This document shows positions 28,516-37,558 of a DNA stretch of 64,000 nt, piece by piece. Positions within the stretch are counted from its first letter, which is position 1; every line of letters begins with the position of its first letter. Position numbers and translations under genes: made by a program. Origin of the DNA: Thermoplasmata archaeon. GTDB lineage: Archaea > Thermoplasmatota > E2 > JACPAO01 > JAHFTW01. The stretch is from assembly GCA_034667725.1 (NCBI GenBank), contig JAXDQS010000003.1, positions 602,171 to 666,170 of the forward strand, read 5' to 3'. Below the pieces are notes generated by a model. That model searched no databases. It saw nothing but the letters and a program-made list of their open reading frames with translations, and was not told the DNA's origin.

Positions 28516-28836
28516 TTAGGCCTCCTTCTTGGGGGCTTCCTTCTTCTTGGGCTCGACGTAGAGCGCGTTGCGCTTGAGCATGTGGACGCGCTCGGTGGCG
28601 CGGGCGGCGTCGGCCGACTTGTAGGCGCGGGCGGTGCCGGTGGTGGCGCCCATGCCGTAGCTGGACTCCATCGAGTCGATGACGACGTTCTCGGTCTTGG
28701 TGCCGAGCTCGGAGGCCACCAGTTGGCGGACCTGGGTGCGGCTGGGCGTGGTCTCGCCGTCGTGGCGGAGCGCGAACTTAACTTCCTTGCGCGCGAGGAG
28801 GGCGTTCTCCTTCGCTTCCGTGATCTTGAGTTCCAT
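28516..28836 (-). CDS. rps24e: 30S ribosomal protein S24e
   Basis: [14 protein letters not shown]; adjacent to rps27ae. Confidence 0.92.
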   Translation of the reverse strand: MELKITEAKENALLARKEVKFALRHDGETTPSRTQVRQLVASELGTKTENVVIDSMESSYGMGATTGTARAYKSADAARATERVHMLKRNALYVEPKKKEAPKKEA

Positions 28837-28942
28837 GGATTTCACCTTCGGCAGCCCCGGAGGGGTGCGTCAAGGCCCTTGCGGGCAGGTGGGCCGACCC
28901 TTGGACGGGGATAAGGCTTGCCGAGCGGACCAGGGTCGGGGG

Positions 28943-29008
28943 GTTCGGTGTCCTCGGTGGAAGTAGGGTTCGCCCACCGATCCACCGAGCCCACCGAGGG
29001 CACCGAAT
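28943..29008. repeat. Intergenic palindrome with 9-nt period (copy B)
   Basis: TTCGGTGTCCTCGGTGG ... CCACCGAT CCACCGAGC CCACCGAGG GCACCGAA. Confidence 0.8.
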
Positions 29009-29019
29009 GCTTGGGTCCG

Positions 29020-30054
29020 TCAGCCTTGCCGCTGCACGACCACCGTGAGCGTGTAGTCCTCGACGGTGACGCCGTCCTGGACGGGTCCCGTGATGGCGGT
29101 GGTGAACTCCCATTGGCTTTGTTGGGCGTAGGGGCCGTCGGCGTTGTTGGCGACCTCGATGTAGTAGGTGCGGGTGTTGCCTTCGGTGGCGTCGGGCTCG
29201 ACGACCTGGAAGCTGCGGCCTTCGGCGCCGTGGTACGCCAGCGCGATGCCGGTGACGCCGTTGGTGACGGTGAGGGTGGCGATGACGACCTCGGCCTCGG
29301 GGGGCACGATGGTGCCGTTGGCGGGGACGTGGACGCGGCTGCAGGACAGGCCGTCGCAGCCGCCGTCGCCGGGGTCCTGGAGGTAGGCCATGCTGTGCGT
29401 CTCGTCCAGGAGGGCGACCTCGTTGGCGCCGTTCCAGCGGTCGGGGTGGCCGGGGTACAGCGGAATCTCCAGGCCGCGCACCGCCTCGACCTTGGCGTGG
29501 ACGATGGCCTTGAAGCGGAGGCTGCCGAGGGTCGGGTCGCTGGAGGCGTGCAGCTCGACGACCCAGGCGGACAGCAGCTGGTGGGGGAGGTCGTTGTCGT
29601 TGTTGCTGGTCGGCACGGCGACGGTCTGGCCGGGCTCGATGGGGCCGACGAGGCGGGCGGCGCTGTCGGCGGCGGACTTCACCCACAGCGTGGGCGCGGC
29701 GTAGAAGTCGGTGTCCTCGGGCGTCCAGGCGAACGTGACCTCGACGGCGGCGGTGCCTTGCGGGACGACGTGGCCGGAGTCGGGGCGCCAGGCTTGGATC
29801 AAGGTGTCCTCGCCGCCGCCGAGGCCGGGCTGGGGGTCGGCGCCGTCGGCGTCCACGACCACCAGGCGGTCCCCGCCGCCCCAGTAGTCGTGCAGGTGCG
29901 GCTTGCTGGCGTTGTCGCCGGTGGAGTTGCCGTAGTCGTCCGGCCGGGTCACGACGATGGGGCCGTCGGTGCTGGACGAGGAGGAGCTGGGGCCGGCGGC
30001 GCATCCGGCCAGCAGGACGGCCAGGCAGAAGACGGCGCAAGGCGCAAGGCGCAT
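29020..30054 (-). CDS. Putative lipoprotein
   Basis: LLAGC lipobox, Ser-rich linker, acidic beta-rich body. Confidence 0.7.
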   Translation of the reverse strand: MRLAPCAVFCLAVLLAGCAAGPSSSSSSTDGPIVVTRPDDYGNSTGDNASKPHLHDYWGGGDRLVVVDADGADPQPGLGGGEDTLIQAWRPDSGHVVPQGTAAVEVTFAWTPEDTDFYAAPTLWVKSAADSAARLVGPIEPGQTVAVPTSNNDNDLPHQLLSAWVVELHASSDPTLGSLRFKAIVHAKVEAVRGLEIPLYPGHPDRWNGANEVALLDETHSMAYLQDPGDGGCDGLSCSRVHVPANGTIVPPEAEVVIATLTVTNGVTGIALAYHGAEGRSFQVVEPDATEGNTRTYYIEVANNADGPYAQQSQWEFTTAITGPVQDGVTVEDYTLTVVVQRQG

Positions 30055-30158
30055 GCCGGGCCAGCAGGGGGTCGCCTTCTTGGGGATTGTGGGACCTCGC
30101 GCCGGTATTTTGGCGGACCTAAACCTTAAGTCAAAGCGGCTTTAGGGGCGCCGAAACC

Positions 30159-32468
30159 ATGGCGTCCGTCGACCCTGCCGCAGCACTCATCGGCCTGCGC
30201 GAAGGCCTCGAGGCCCTCCTGGTCCTGGGCATCCTCCTGGGCCTGGTGCGCCGCTTCGGCCACCCCGAGAAGCAGGCCCTCCTGTGGATGGGCGCGGGCG
30301 CCGGCGTGGTCGCAAGCATCGTCGTCGGCCTCCTGGTGGCCCGCTTCGCCATGGGCTGGTTCGAGGACGCCGGCGGCGCGGCCCTGTTCGAGGTCGTCGT
30401 CGCGCTCACCGCGGTGGGCATCCTGACCTACATGATCGTCTGGATGCAGCAGCACACCACCGAGCTCTTGGGGAAGGCCAAGCGGGCCGTGCAGGACGCC
30501 GCCACCGGGGGCCGCTGGATGGTGCTCGCCGCCCTCACCTTCGTCACCGTGTTCCGCGAAGGCCTGGAGACCGTGCTGTTCTACGCCGCCCGCAGCAGCG
30601 CCGTCTCCTGGGGCGACCTCCTCCTGTCCGGGGCCGTCGGCTTCGGCGCCAGCGCCCTCATCGCGGCCTTGGTGTTCGGCTTCACCGTCAAGGTGGACCT
30701 GCGCAAGTTCTTCGGCGTCACCGGCGCGTTCCTGATCCTCATCGCGGCCGGCCTGCTGATCCACGTCGTGCACGCCGCCGCCGACCTCGGCTGGATTCCC
30801 CACGGCGCCGCCCTCTGGGACACCTCCGGCGCCCTGCCCGACCACGACCACTGGCTCGGCGGCCCCTTGCACGCCCTCATTGGCTACGAGGACCAGCCCA
30901 CCGCCCTCGGCCTGCTGCTGTACCTCGGCTACATCGTCGGCGTCGGCGGCTGGTACCTCTCGCGCATCGTTGCCAAGGAGCGCCGCGCCGCCGCCCGCGC
31001 CACCTCGGCCGCGGTCTTCGTTGCCCTGCTGGCCGCGTTCGCCTTCACGGGCGCCCTGCCCACGGGTGCTGGCGACCACGGGCACGGCCACGACGACGAC
31101 CGTTCGCGCGACGCTGACGAGGCCGTCGCCAGCCAGCTTGCCCAGGCCGCCGGCGCGGCCCTCGCCCGCATCGAGGCGGAAGGGCTGCGGGTCGGCGTGC
31201 TGGTGCGGGCGCACGGCGAGCCGGTCCACTACAACGCCACCACCTACGCGTCGTTCAAGGCGTTCGTGGACGGCGTCTGGCCTTACACCGGCCTGCCGCC
31301 CGAGATGCTGCTGGTCGACCAAGGCACCATCCTGCTCGACGACGCGCACCCCTTCGCGACGACGCCCCAAGCGGACGCCAGCTTCGTGGACGCCTGGCTC
31401 CGGTCCTACACGCTTCCCGCCATCCCCGTCACGGACCCCGCCGGCGCCGCCGACGTCGACGAGGAGCTTGCGGGCGGCCAGTTCTACCTCGCCCCCGGCG
31501 CCGGCCCCGGCCTCGGCGAAGGCGACGTGTACGAAGTCCTCGGCCTCGGCACCTACCGCACCTGGCTCAAGATGGAGAACGCGAGCCCGATGCACGGCGC
31601 CGTCGTCACCGCCTGGGACTCGGTCGAGCGGCAGGCGCAGGCGGTGTGGGGCGACCGCGTCGTCGTCGCCTTCGCGCACCACGTCGACCCCAAGATGGAC
31701 CCCACCAAGACCATCGAAGCCGCCGCCCGGACGCTGGCGGACGCCGGCGTGGACCTCGTCATCGACGCCTACATGTCGAGCGTCCACAGCGACGCCATGG
31801 ACACCTGCATGATGCGGCCGCACACCGAGCACGCGCTGCGCGCCGCCGGCTACACGGGCCCCATCGTCGCCGCCGGCATGGCCGGCACCACGCTCGCCTG
31901 GGCGCAGGCCACCGCCGACCGCGTCGTCCAACTCGTCGCCGAGGCTCCGGCCGGCGCCAAGGTCAGCGTGTACCTCGCCCAGCACGGCGGCGACCCCGCC
32001 AGCACGAACCCCTGCGGCGAGGGCGCGGACCAGTACCACGCCAACGCCGCCGCCGAGTTCGCGCTCGCCCAGGCCGCCATCGCGGCCGAGCTGGGCGGCA
32101 ACGTGACGGTGCGCCAGGTCTACGGCCAGGGCGCCAGCGCGGCCGGCGGCCCGCTGTCGCCGGACGAGGCCTTGGCGCTCGACCGCGCGGCCGGCGTCGG
32201 CCACGTCGTCGTGCTGCCCTACGAGTTCTGGGGCAACGCCATGGACAACCTGGTGCCGCTGCGCGAGTCGTTCGGCTACACCGCCGACGACCTGCCCTAC
32301 TACGGGCCGGGCCACGAGACCCGCCTGACGCGCGGCGGCGTCGACGTCCGCATCGCGTCCGCCGAGCACGGCACCGACGCCAAGGCGGGCGCGCTGCTGC
32401 TGCGCATCGCCGAGGCCATCGCGGGCGAGGCGGCGGCCGGGGCGCCGGCCGACCACGCCCACGACTGA
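30159..32468 (+). CDS. FTR1-family iron permease fused to a ferrochelatase-like domain
   Basis: REGLEA and REGLET motifs; His-rich linker; AHGEP, QHGGDP..DQY, VLPYEFWGNAMDNL. Confidence 0.8.
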   Translation: MASVDPAAALIGLREGLEALLVLGILLGLVRRFGHPEKQALLWMGAGAGVVASIVVGLLVARFAMGWFEDAGGAALFEVVVALTAVGILTYMIVWMQQHTTELLGKAKRAVQDAATGGRWMVLAALTFVTVFREGLETVLFYAARSSAVSWGDLLLSGAVGFGASALIAALVFGFTVKVDLRKFFGVTGAFLILIAAGLLIHVVHAAADLGWIPHGAALWDTSGALPDHDHWLGGPLHALIGYEDQPTALGLLLYLGYIVGVGGWYLSRIVAKERRAAARATSAAVFVALLAAFAFTGALPTGAGDHGHGHDDDRSRDADEAVASQLAQAAGAALARIEAEGLRVGVLVRAHGEPVHYNATTYASFKAFVDGVWPYTGLPPEMLLVDQGTILLDDAHPFATTPQADASFVDAWLRSYTLPAIPVTDPAGAADVDEELAGGQFYLAPGAGPGLGEGDVYEVLGLGTYRTWLKMENASPMHGAVVTAWDSVERQAQAVWGDRVVVAFAHHVDPKMDPTKTIEAAARTLADAGVDLVIDAYMSSVHSDAMDTCMMRPHTEHALRAAGYTGPIVAAGMAGTTLAWAQATADRVVQLVAEAPAGAKVSVYLAQHGGDPASTNPCGEGADQYHANAAAEFALAQAAIAAELGGNVTVRQVYGQGASAAGGPLSPDEALALDRAAGVGHVVVLPYEFWGNAMDNLVPLRESFGYTADDLPYYGPGHETRLTRGGVDVRIASAEHGTDAKAGALLLRIAEAIAGEAAAGAPADHAHD

Positions 32469-32479
32469 AACCGCGGCGG

Positions 32480-34237
32480 CTAGACCGCCGTGACCGCGAC
32501 CCGCCGCGGCAGCGTGAAGTAGAACGTGGAGCCCCTGCCGTTGCCCTCGGAATGCACGCCGATGGTGCCGCCGTGCGCCTCGATGATGCCCTTGCAGATG
32601 TAGAGGCCGAGGCCGGTGCCGGCCTTGATGTCGCGCGGCTCGCCGACCTGGCTGAACGGCTGGAACAGCTTGCCGGCCTCGTCGCGGGCCAGGCCGCGGC
32701 CGGTGTCGCGCACCAGGAAGCGCACCGTCTCGGGGTCGCTCTCGACCACGACGTTGACCTTGCCGCCGGGGGGCGTGAACTTGAGGGCGTTGGAGACCAG
32801 GTTGAACAGCACCTGGGTCAGGCGGTCGGGGTCGGCCTCGACCCGCAGGTCGCCGGCCGGCACGTCGGTGCGCAGCTCGAGGCCGGCGGCCTGGGCCGAG
32901 TGCCCGAAGGCGTCGGCGCAGTCGGCCACCAGCAGGCGGATGTCCACGGCGGCGGGCGTGAGACGCAGGTGGGCGCTCTGCAGGCGGGCGACGTCGAGGA
33001 CGTTCTGCACCAGGCCGGAGAGGCGCTCGAGGTTGCGGTCGAGGATCTGCACGGAGCGGCGCTGCGGCTCCGTGAGGGGGCCGAGCTTGGCGTCCCGCAG
33101 GGCGCGCAGCTGGAGCCGGAGCGGGGTGAGCGGGGTGTTGAGCTCGTGGCCGGCGGTGTTCAGGAGGTCGGTCTTGAACTGGTTGACCTCCTCGAGCCGC
33201 TCGATCTCCATGAGGCGCTGGCTGGCCACGACGCGGTCCTGCTCGGCGCGGCGGCGCATCGTGACGTCGCGGAAGCTCCAGACGCGGCCGACGATGCGGT
33301 CGCCCATGCGTTGCGGCTTGGAGGTGCGCTCGAACACGCGGCCGTCAAGGAACTCGACCTCGTCCTCCGACTCGGCGGCGGGGTGGGCGTAGAGGTCGCG
33401 GACGCGGGCCAGGAAGGCGTCCGGGTCCTGGATCTGGCCGATGACGCTTGCGAGGGCGCGCTCGTCGACGCCGGAGCGCAGCACGTCGTCGGGGATGCCC
33501 CACATGGCGGCGAAGTGCTTGTTGTGGCTCGTGATGCGGCCGTCCAGGTCCACCACCAGGATGCCGTCGGCGGTGGCGTCGAGGGTGGCGCCGAGCTGCG
33601 AGGCGGTCTCCTGCAAGGTGTGGTTGGCCTCCTCGGTCTTGAGGCGGGCCTCCTCGCTGAAGCGCCAGGCGGCGATGGCGGCAGCGCTCGCGCACAGGAT
33701 GAAGAAGGCGTGGACGCCCGCCCAGGCCCAGGGGTTGGCCAAGGCGCCGGGGTGGTTGTAGACCGCGTGCGGGTCGAGGGCGCCGACGACGCCGTGGTGG
33801 AACGCGACGAAGGCGATGGCCATCAGGAACGGCCGCCAGTCCTGGTAGAGCGCCATGGTGGCGACGACGACGAAGAAGTGGAAGTGCATCTCGATCAGGC
33901 CGCCCGACAGATGCACCAGGATGGCGGACGAGGACACCAGGCCCAGGCCCGTCAGAGTCGCCCGGGCGGAGCGGTGCCAGCCCTCATGGCCGATGCGGGC
34001 CGGCCAGAGGCGAGGCAAGGCGGCGGCCAGCGCCACGGTGGCCACGATGGAGGCCTCCAGCAGGCTGTGCAGCAGGCCATGGCCCGTGAACATCCCGTAG
34101 CCGACGATGATCGGCACGTGGAACGCCAGCAGGCCCAGCATGACGTTATGGCGGTTCTGCCACTCCATGGCCGGCAAGGCCACGCCCCGCGGCAGCCAGA
34201 CCGGCAGCCATCGATGCGCAGGATACGCGTGGCCCAC
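32480..34237 (-). CDS. Membrane PAS sensor histidine kinase
   Basis: TM region with HFHFF, PAS domain, HELNTPL, NLVSNALKF, DTGRG, GTGLGL; start uncertain. Confidence 0.9.
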   Translation of the reverse strand: MGHAYPAHRWLPVWLPRGVALPAMEWQNRHNVMLGLLAFHVPIIVGYGMFTGHGLLHSLLEASIVATVALAAALPRLWPARIGHEGWHRSARATLTGLGLVSSSAILVHLSGGLIEMHFHFFVVVATMALYQDWRPFLMAIAFVAFHHGVVGALDPHAVYNHPGALANPWAWAGVHAFFILCASAAAIAAWRFSEEARLKTEEANHTLQETASQLGATLDATADGILVVDLDGRITSHNKHFAAMWGIPDDVLRSGVDERALASVIGQIQDPDAFLARVRDLYAHPAAESEDEVEFLDGRVFERTSKPQRMGDRIVGRVWSFRDVTMRRRAEQDRVVASQRLMEIERLEEVNQFKTDLLNTAGHELNTPLTPLRLQLRALRDAKLGPLTEPQRRSVQILDRNLERLSGLVQNVLDVARLQSAHLRLTPAAVDIRLLVADCADAFGHSAQAAGLELRTDVPAGDLRVEADPDRLTQVLFNLVSNALKFTPPGGKVNVVVESDPETVRFLVRDTGRGLARDEAGKLFQPFSQVGEPRDIKAGTGLGLYICKGIIEAHGGTIGVHSEGNGRGSTFYFTLPRRVAVTAV

Positions 34238-34362
34238 GCCGTCCTTTGGGAGTTGACCCCTATTTGGGCTGGCGGGGCCAAGGTTTAAGACCCCAGGCCG
34301 CGGACCCGCGACTTCCACGGGCCTCCGATGCCTCTATGGGGGACATCCGCTGGCGCCCGCCC

Positions 34363-36333
34363 ATGGGCTTCGAGGTCCTCGACCGCGCCGCCGCCGGCAG
34401 GCTCGGACGCTTCACGACGCCCCACGGCAAGGTCACCACCCCCGCCCTCATGCCGGTGGTGAACCCGAACCTGCAACTCTGGCCCACGGCAGAGCTGCGC
34501 AGCCGCTTCGGCGCCGAGATGGTCATCACCAACGCCTACGTCATCCAGAAGCACCAAGCCCTGCGGGACCAAGCCCTCGCCCAAGGCGTCCACAAGATGC
34601 TCGGCTGGGACGGCGCCGTCATGACCGACTCGGGCACCTTCCAGATGTACATGTACGGCGACCTGCAGCTCGACAACGCCACGGTCGTGGGCTTCGAGCG
34701 CGACATCCAGGTCGACGTCGGCACCTGCGTGGACCTGTTCGTCACCCCCGACATGGGCCGCCCCGAGGCCGAGGCCGCCGTCCGCACCACCATCGAGCGC
34801 ACCAAGGAGGCCGCCGCGATGCGGGGCGGCATGATGGTCAACGCCACCGTCCAAGGCGGCGTCCACTACGACCTGCGGAAGTCCTGCGCCGAGGCCTACC
34901 GAAGCCTGGACGTGGACTACCACACCATCGGCGGCGTCGTGCCCGTCATGGAGCGCCAGATGTACCCCGAGCTGGCCGAGATGATCCTCTGGAGCCAGGC
35001 CGGCCTCCGCAAGGACCGCCCCGTCCACCTGTTCGGCGCCGGGCATCCCCTCGTCTTCCCGCTCGCCGTCGCCCTCGGCTGCGACCTGTTCGACTCCTCC
35101 AGCTACGCCAAGTACGCCAAGGACGGCCGCATGATGTTCGAGTGGGGCACCGCCCACCTGGCCGAGATGAACGAACTGCCCTGCAGCTGCCCGCCCTGCG
35201 CGAAGCACGGCGCCGACGGCCTCAAGGCGCTGCCCCCGAAGGAGCGCGAGCAGGCGCTCGCCGAGCACAACCTCCACGCCTGCTTCTCCGACCTGCGCCG
35301 CATCCGCGTGGCCATCCGCGAAGGAAGCCTATGGGAACTGGTCGAGCAGCGCGCCGCCTGCCACCCGCTCTTGGCCGCGGCCACCCGCAAGCTCGGCGAC
35401 CCGACCTACCAGCATTGGCTGGAGATGCGCGAGCCCGTCTCCGCCACCCGCGCATTGCGCTACACCGGCTCGCTCACGCACCAGCGGCCGATCTTCCGCC
35501 GCATCCGCGAACGCCTCCAGAGCCGCGTCGTGCCCCAAGGCGAGCCCATCACGGTCGAGGCCGACGGGCCCTACGCCAACGCCGGCGAGTCGCGCATCGA
35601 GCTGGGGATGCACAAGGAGCCGGACAACAAGCCCTACGGCGGCCGCCTGGGCAGCCTGGACCCCGAGATGGACCACGCCGTCATCTCGCCGCTCGGCCCC
35701 GTCCCCCTCGGCCTGGACGAGGCCTACCCGTTCGCCCAGTCGGTGCTGCCCCGCCTCGACCTCCTGGACCGCGGCCACATGGGCTGGGTCGGCGAGACCA
35801 AGGACCTGCTCCTGCAAGCCCACGGCTTCGTGCCCGCCATCCCCGGCCCCGGCGGCAAGCACGGCAAGGTGGACCTGGACCGCCTCCGGGTCGTGCGCAC
35901 CGCCGACTGGCAGTTCGGCGCGGGCGCAGGCGCCGCCCTCACGGCCGGCGAGCTGCGCATCGAGAAGTCCGCCAACACCGAGAAAATCCGCACCGTCCAC
36001 CTCGACGGCAAGCACGTCCTCAGCCTGCGCGCCCACGACGGCTTCTGGACCTTGAAGCTGGCCGGCGCCGAAATCCTGCTGCGGACGTTGCCCGCCCCCG
36101 CCAACCGCGTCGTCGTGAAGGCCGACTCCGTGCCGTTCAACCGCGCCGGCAAGTCGGTGTTCGCCCAGTTCGTGGCCGCCATGGACGAAGGGCTGCGCCC
36201 CGGCGACGAGTGCCTGGTGGTGACGGAGGCCGACGAGCTGGTGGCCGTCGGGCAGGCCCTGCTGGTGGCGGAGGAGGCGGCGGACTTCCAGAACGGCATG
36301 GCCGTGAAGGTGCGGGAAGGGAAGGCGGCGTGA
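34363..36333 (+). CDS. tgtA: Archaeosine tRNA-guanine(15) transglycosylase
   Basis: TPALMPVVNP, MTDSGTFQ, HLFGAGHP, GCDLFDS, CSCPPC, C-terminal PUA. Confidence 0.93.
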   Translation: MGFEVLDRAAAGRLGRFTTPHGKVTTPALMPVVNPNLQLWPTAELRSRFGAEMVITNAYVIQKHQALRDQALAQGVHKMLGWDGAVMTDSGTFQMYMYGDLQLDNATVVGFERDIQVDVGTCVDLFVTPDMGRPEAEAAVRTTIERTKEAAAMRGGMMVNATVQGGVHYDLRKSCAEAYRSLDVDYHTIGGVVPVMERQMYPELAEMILWSQAGLRKDRPVHLFGAGHPLVFPLAVALGCDLFDSSSYAKYAKDGRMMFEWGTAHLAEMNELPCSCPPCAKHGADGLKALPPKEREQALAEHNLHACFSDLRRIRVAIREGSLWELVEQRAACHPLLAAATRKLGDPTYQHWLEMREPVSATRALRYTGSLTHQRPIFRRIRERLQSRVVPQGEPITVEADGPYANAGESRIELGMHKEPDNKPYGGRLGSLDPEMDHAVISPLGPVPLGLDEAYPFAQSVLPRLDLLDRGHMGWVGETKDLLLQAHGFVPAIPGPGGKHGKVDLDRLRVVRTADWQFGAGAGAALTAGELRIEKSANTEKIRTVHLDGKHVLSLRAHDGFWTLKLAGAEILLRTLPAPANRVVVKADSVPFNRAGKSVFAQFVAAMDEGLRPGDECLVVTEADELVAVGQALLVAEEAADFQNGMAVKVREGKAA

Positions 36334-36614
36334 CGGACTTCGCGGCCCGCGTCCACGCCTTCGTCCAAATGGTCCCAAAGGGGCGCGTCACCACCTACTC
36401 GGACGTCGCCCTCGCCGTCGGGCGCCCAGGAGCAGCCCGCGCCGTCGGCCGCGTCATGGCCGCCACCCCCGCACGCTCGCCCACGCCGTGCCACCGCGTC
36501 GTGCGCGCCGACGGGCGCGCCGCCGACGGCTTGGCGGGGCGGCTGCGGCGCGAGGGCGTGGCGGTCGACGCCGCCGGGCAGGTGCGCGGCTTCGCGGCGC
36601 TCCGGTGGCCTTAG
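36330..36614 (+). CDS. Short MGMT-family protein (DNA-binding/active-site domain only)
   Basis: VPKGRVTTY, ARAVG, PCHRVV; GTGA overlap with tgtA. Confidence 0.82.
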   Translation: MTDFAARVHAFVQMVPKGRVTTYSDVALAVGRPGAARAVGRVMAATPARSPTPCHRVVRADGRAADGLAGRLRREGVAVDAAGQVRGFAALRWP

Positions 36615-36623
36615 GGCTGGAAG

Positions 36624-36694
36624 TGCGCGATACGGGATTTGAACCCATGCTGCTGCCTTGGCAAGGCAGCGTCCTACCACTAGACTAATCGCGC
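36624..36694 (-). tRNA. tRNA-Gly (GCC)
   Basis: GCGCGAT/ATCGCGC acceptor stem, loop TTGCCAA, TTCAAAT. Confidence 0.93.
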
Positions 36695-36767
36695 GTTTCT
36701 CGGAGGCACCGGTCGCCCGGAACCGCCGACGGGCCGGGCCACAGAAGGGTGCTATTTAGGCACGCCG

Positions 36768-37019
36768 GTGGACTTTCACTTGCCTGTCGCGAAGGGCCAC
36801 GACGGCCTCGCGTTCTGCTGGGCCGTGCAAGGCTACGTGGCATGGGTCATGCAGTTTGGGACGCGGCTGTTCTGCAAGGACCGCGGGCGCGACGAGTGGA
36901 CCGACCGGTTCCTGGACGCCGAGGTGATTCCGACGCTGCACGAGGCGACGCAGGCCGCGGCGCGCCGGCACGGCGAGGTCGAGGCGTGGCGGGACGCCTA
37001 CATGTTCGAGGCGTCGTAG
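36768..37019 (+). CDS. Small hypothetical protein
   Basis: ORF with host-like codon usage. Confidence 0.4.
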   Translation: MDFHLPVAKGHDGLAFCWAVQGYVAWVMQFGTRLFCKDRGRDEWTDRFLDAEVIPTLHEATQAAARRHGEVEAWRDAYMFEAS

Positions 37020-37278
37020 GAGAGTGGGACCCGGAGCCAAGGGCCATTGGGTTGGTGTGTCGGGGTGCGCGCGCTGGTGAACAACTCGACGCGCTGGCTC
37101 CGGGTGCCTGGCGATCGCCAGGCGGGCCCCGCACTGCGCCGCATCCGTGCCGGCTTGAAGCCCTGGAGCCTTCGGCACGGACGCGGCACAAGTGCCGAAA
37201 TGCGCGCGCCTCCATAAAGGCTTCAGCAATGCTTTCTTGAAGGGTGGGGGCGTCGTGCAGGGAGGTCGAGGTCGAAAA

Positions 37279-37554
37279 ATGCCCAACGAGACCCTGGCGT
37301 CCGTCAGCGTGCCCAAGGAACTGATGGAGCGCGCGGACCGCCTCATGGAGAAGTTCCCCGCCTTGGGGTTCCGCTCCCGCGGCCGGTTCACGGCGGCCGC
37401 CCTGCAAGAGTACCTGGCTGTCATGGAGCAGCGGGCCTACCACATGATGATCCTGGAGGGGCCCAACGCGGACGCGGGGGCGCCGAAGGGTGCCCTGGAG
37501 AGCCTGCGCGAGCCGCTGCCGGACGCGGGCCGCCGCCGCAAGGCGCGCCGCTAG
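37279..37554 (+). CDS. Ribbon-helix-helix (CopG-like) protein
   Basis: SVSVPKELMERADRL...GFRSRGRF..AALQEY. Confidence 0.65.
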   Translation: MPNETLASVSVPKELMERADRLMEKFPALGFRSRGRFTAAALQEYLAVMEQRAYHMMILEGPNADAGAPKGALESLREPLPDAGRRRKARR

Positions 37555-37558
37555 CCGC

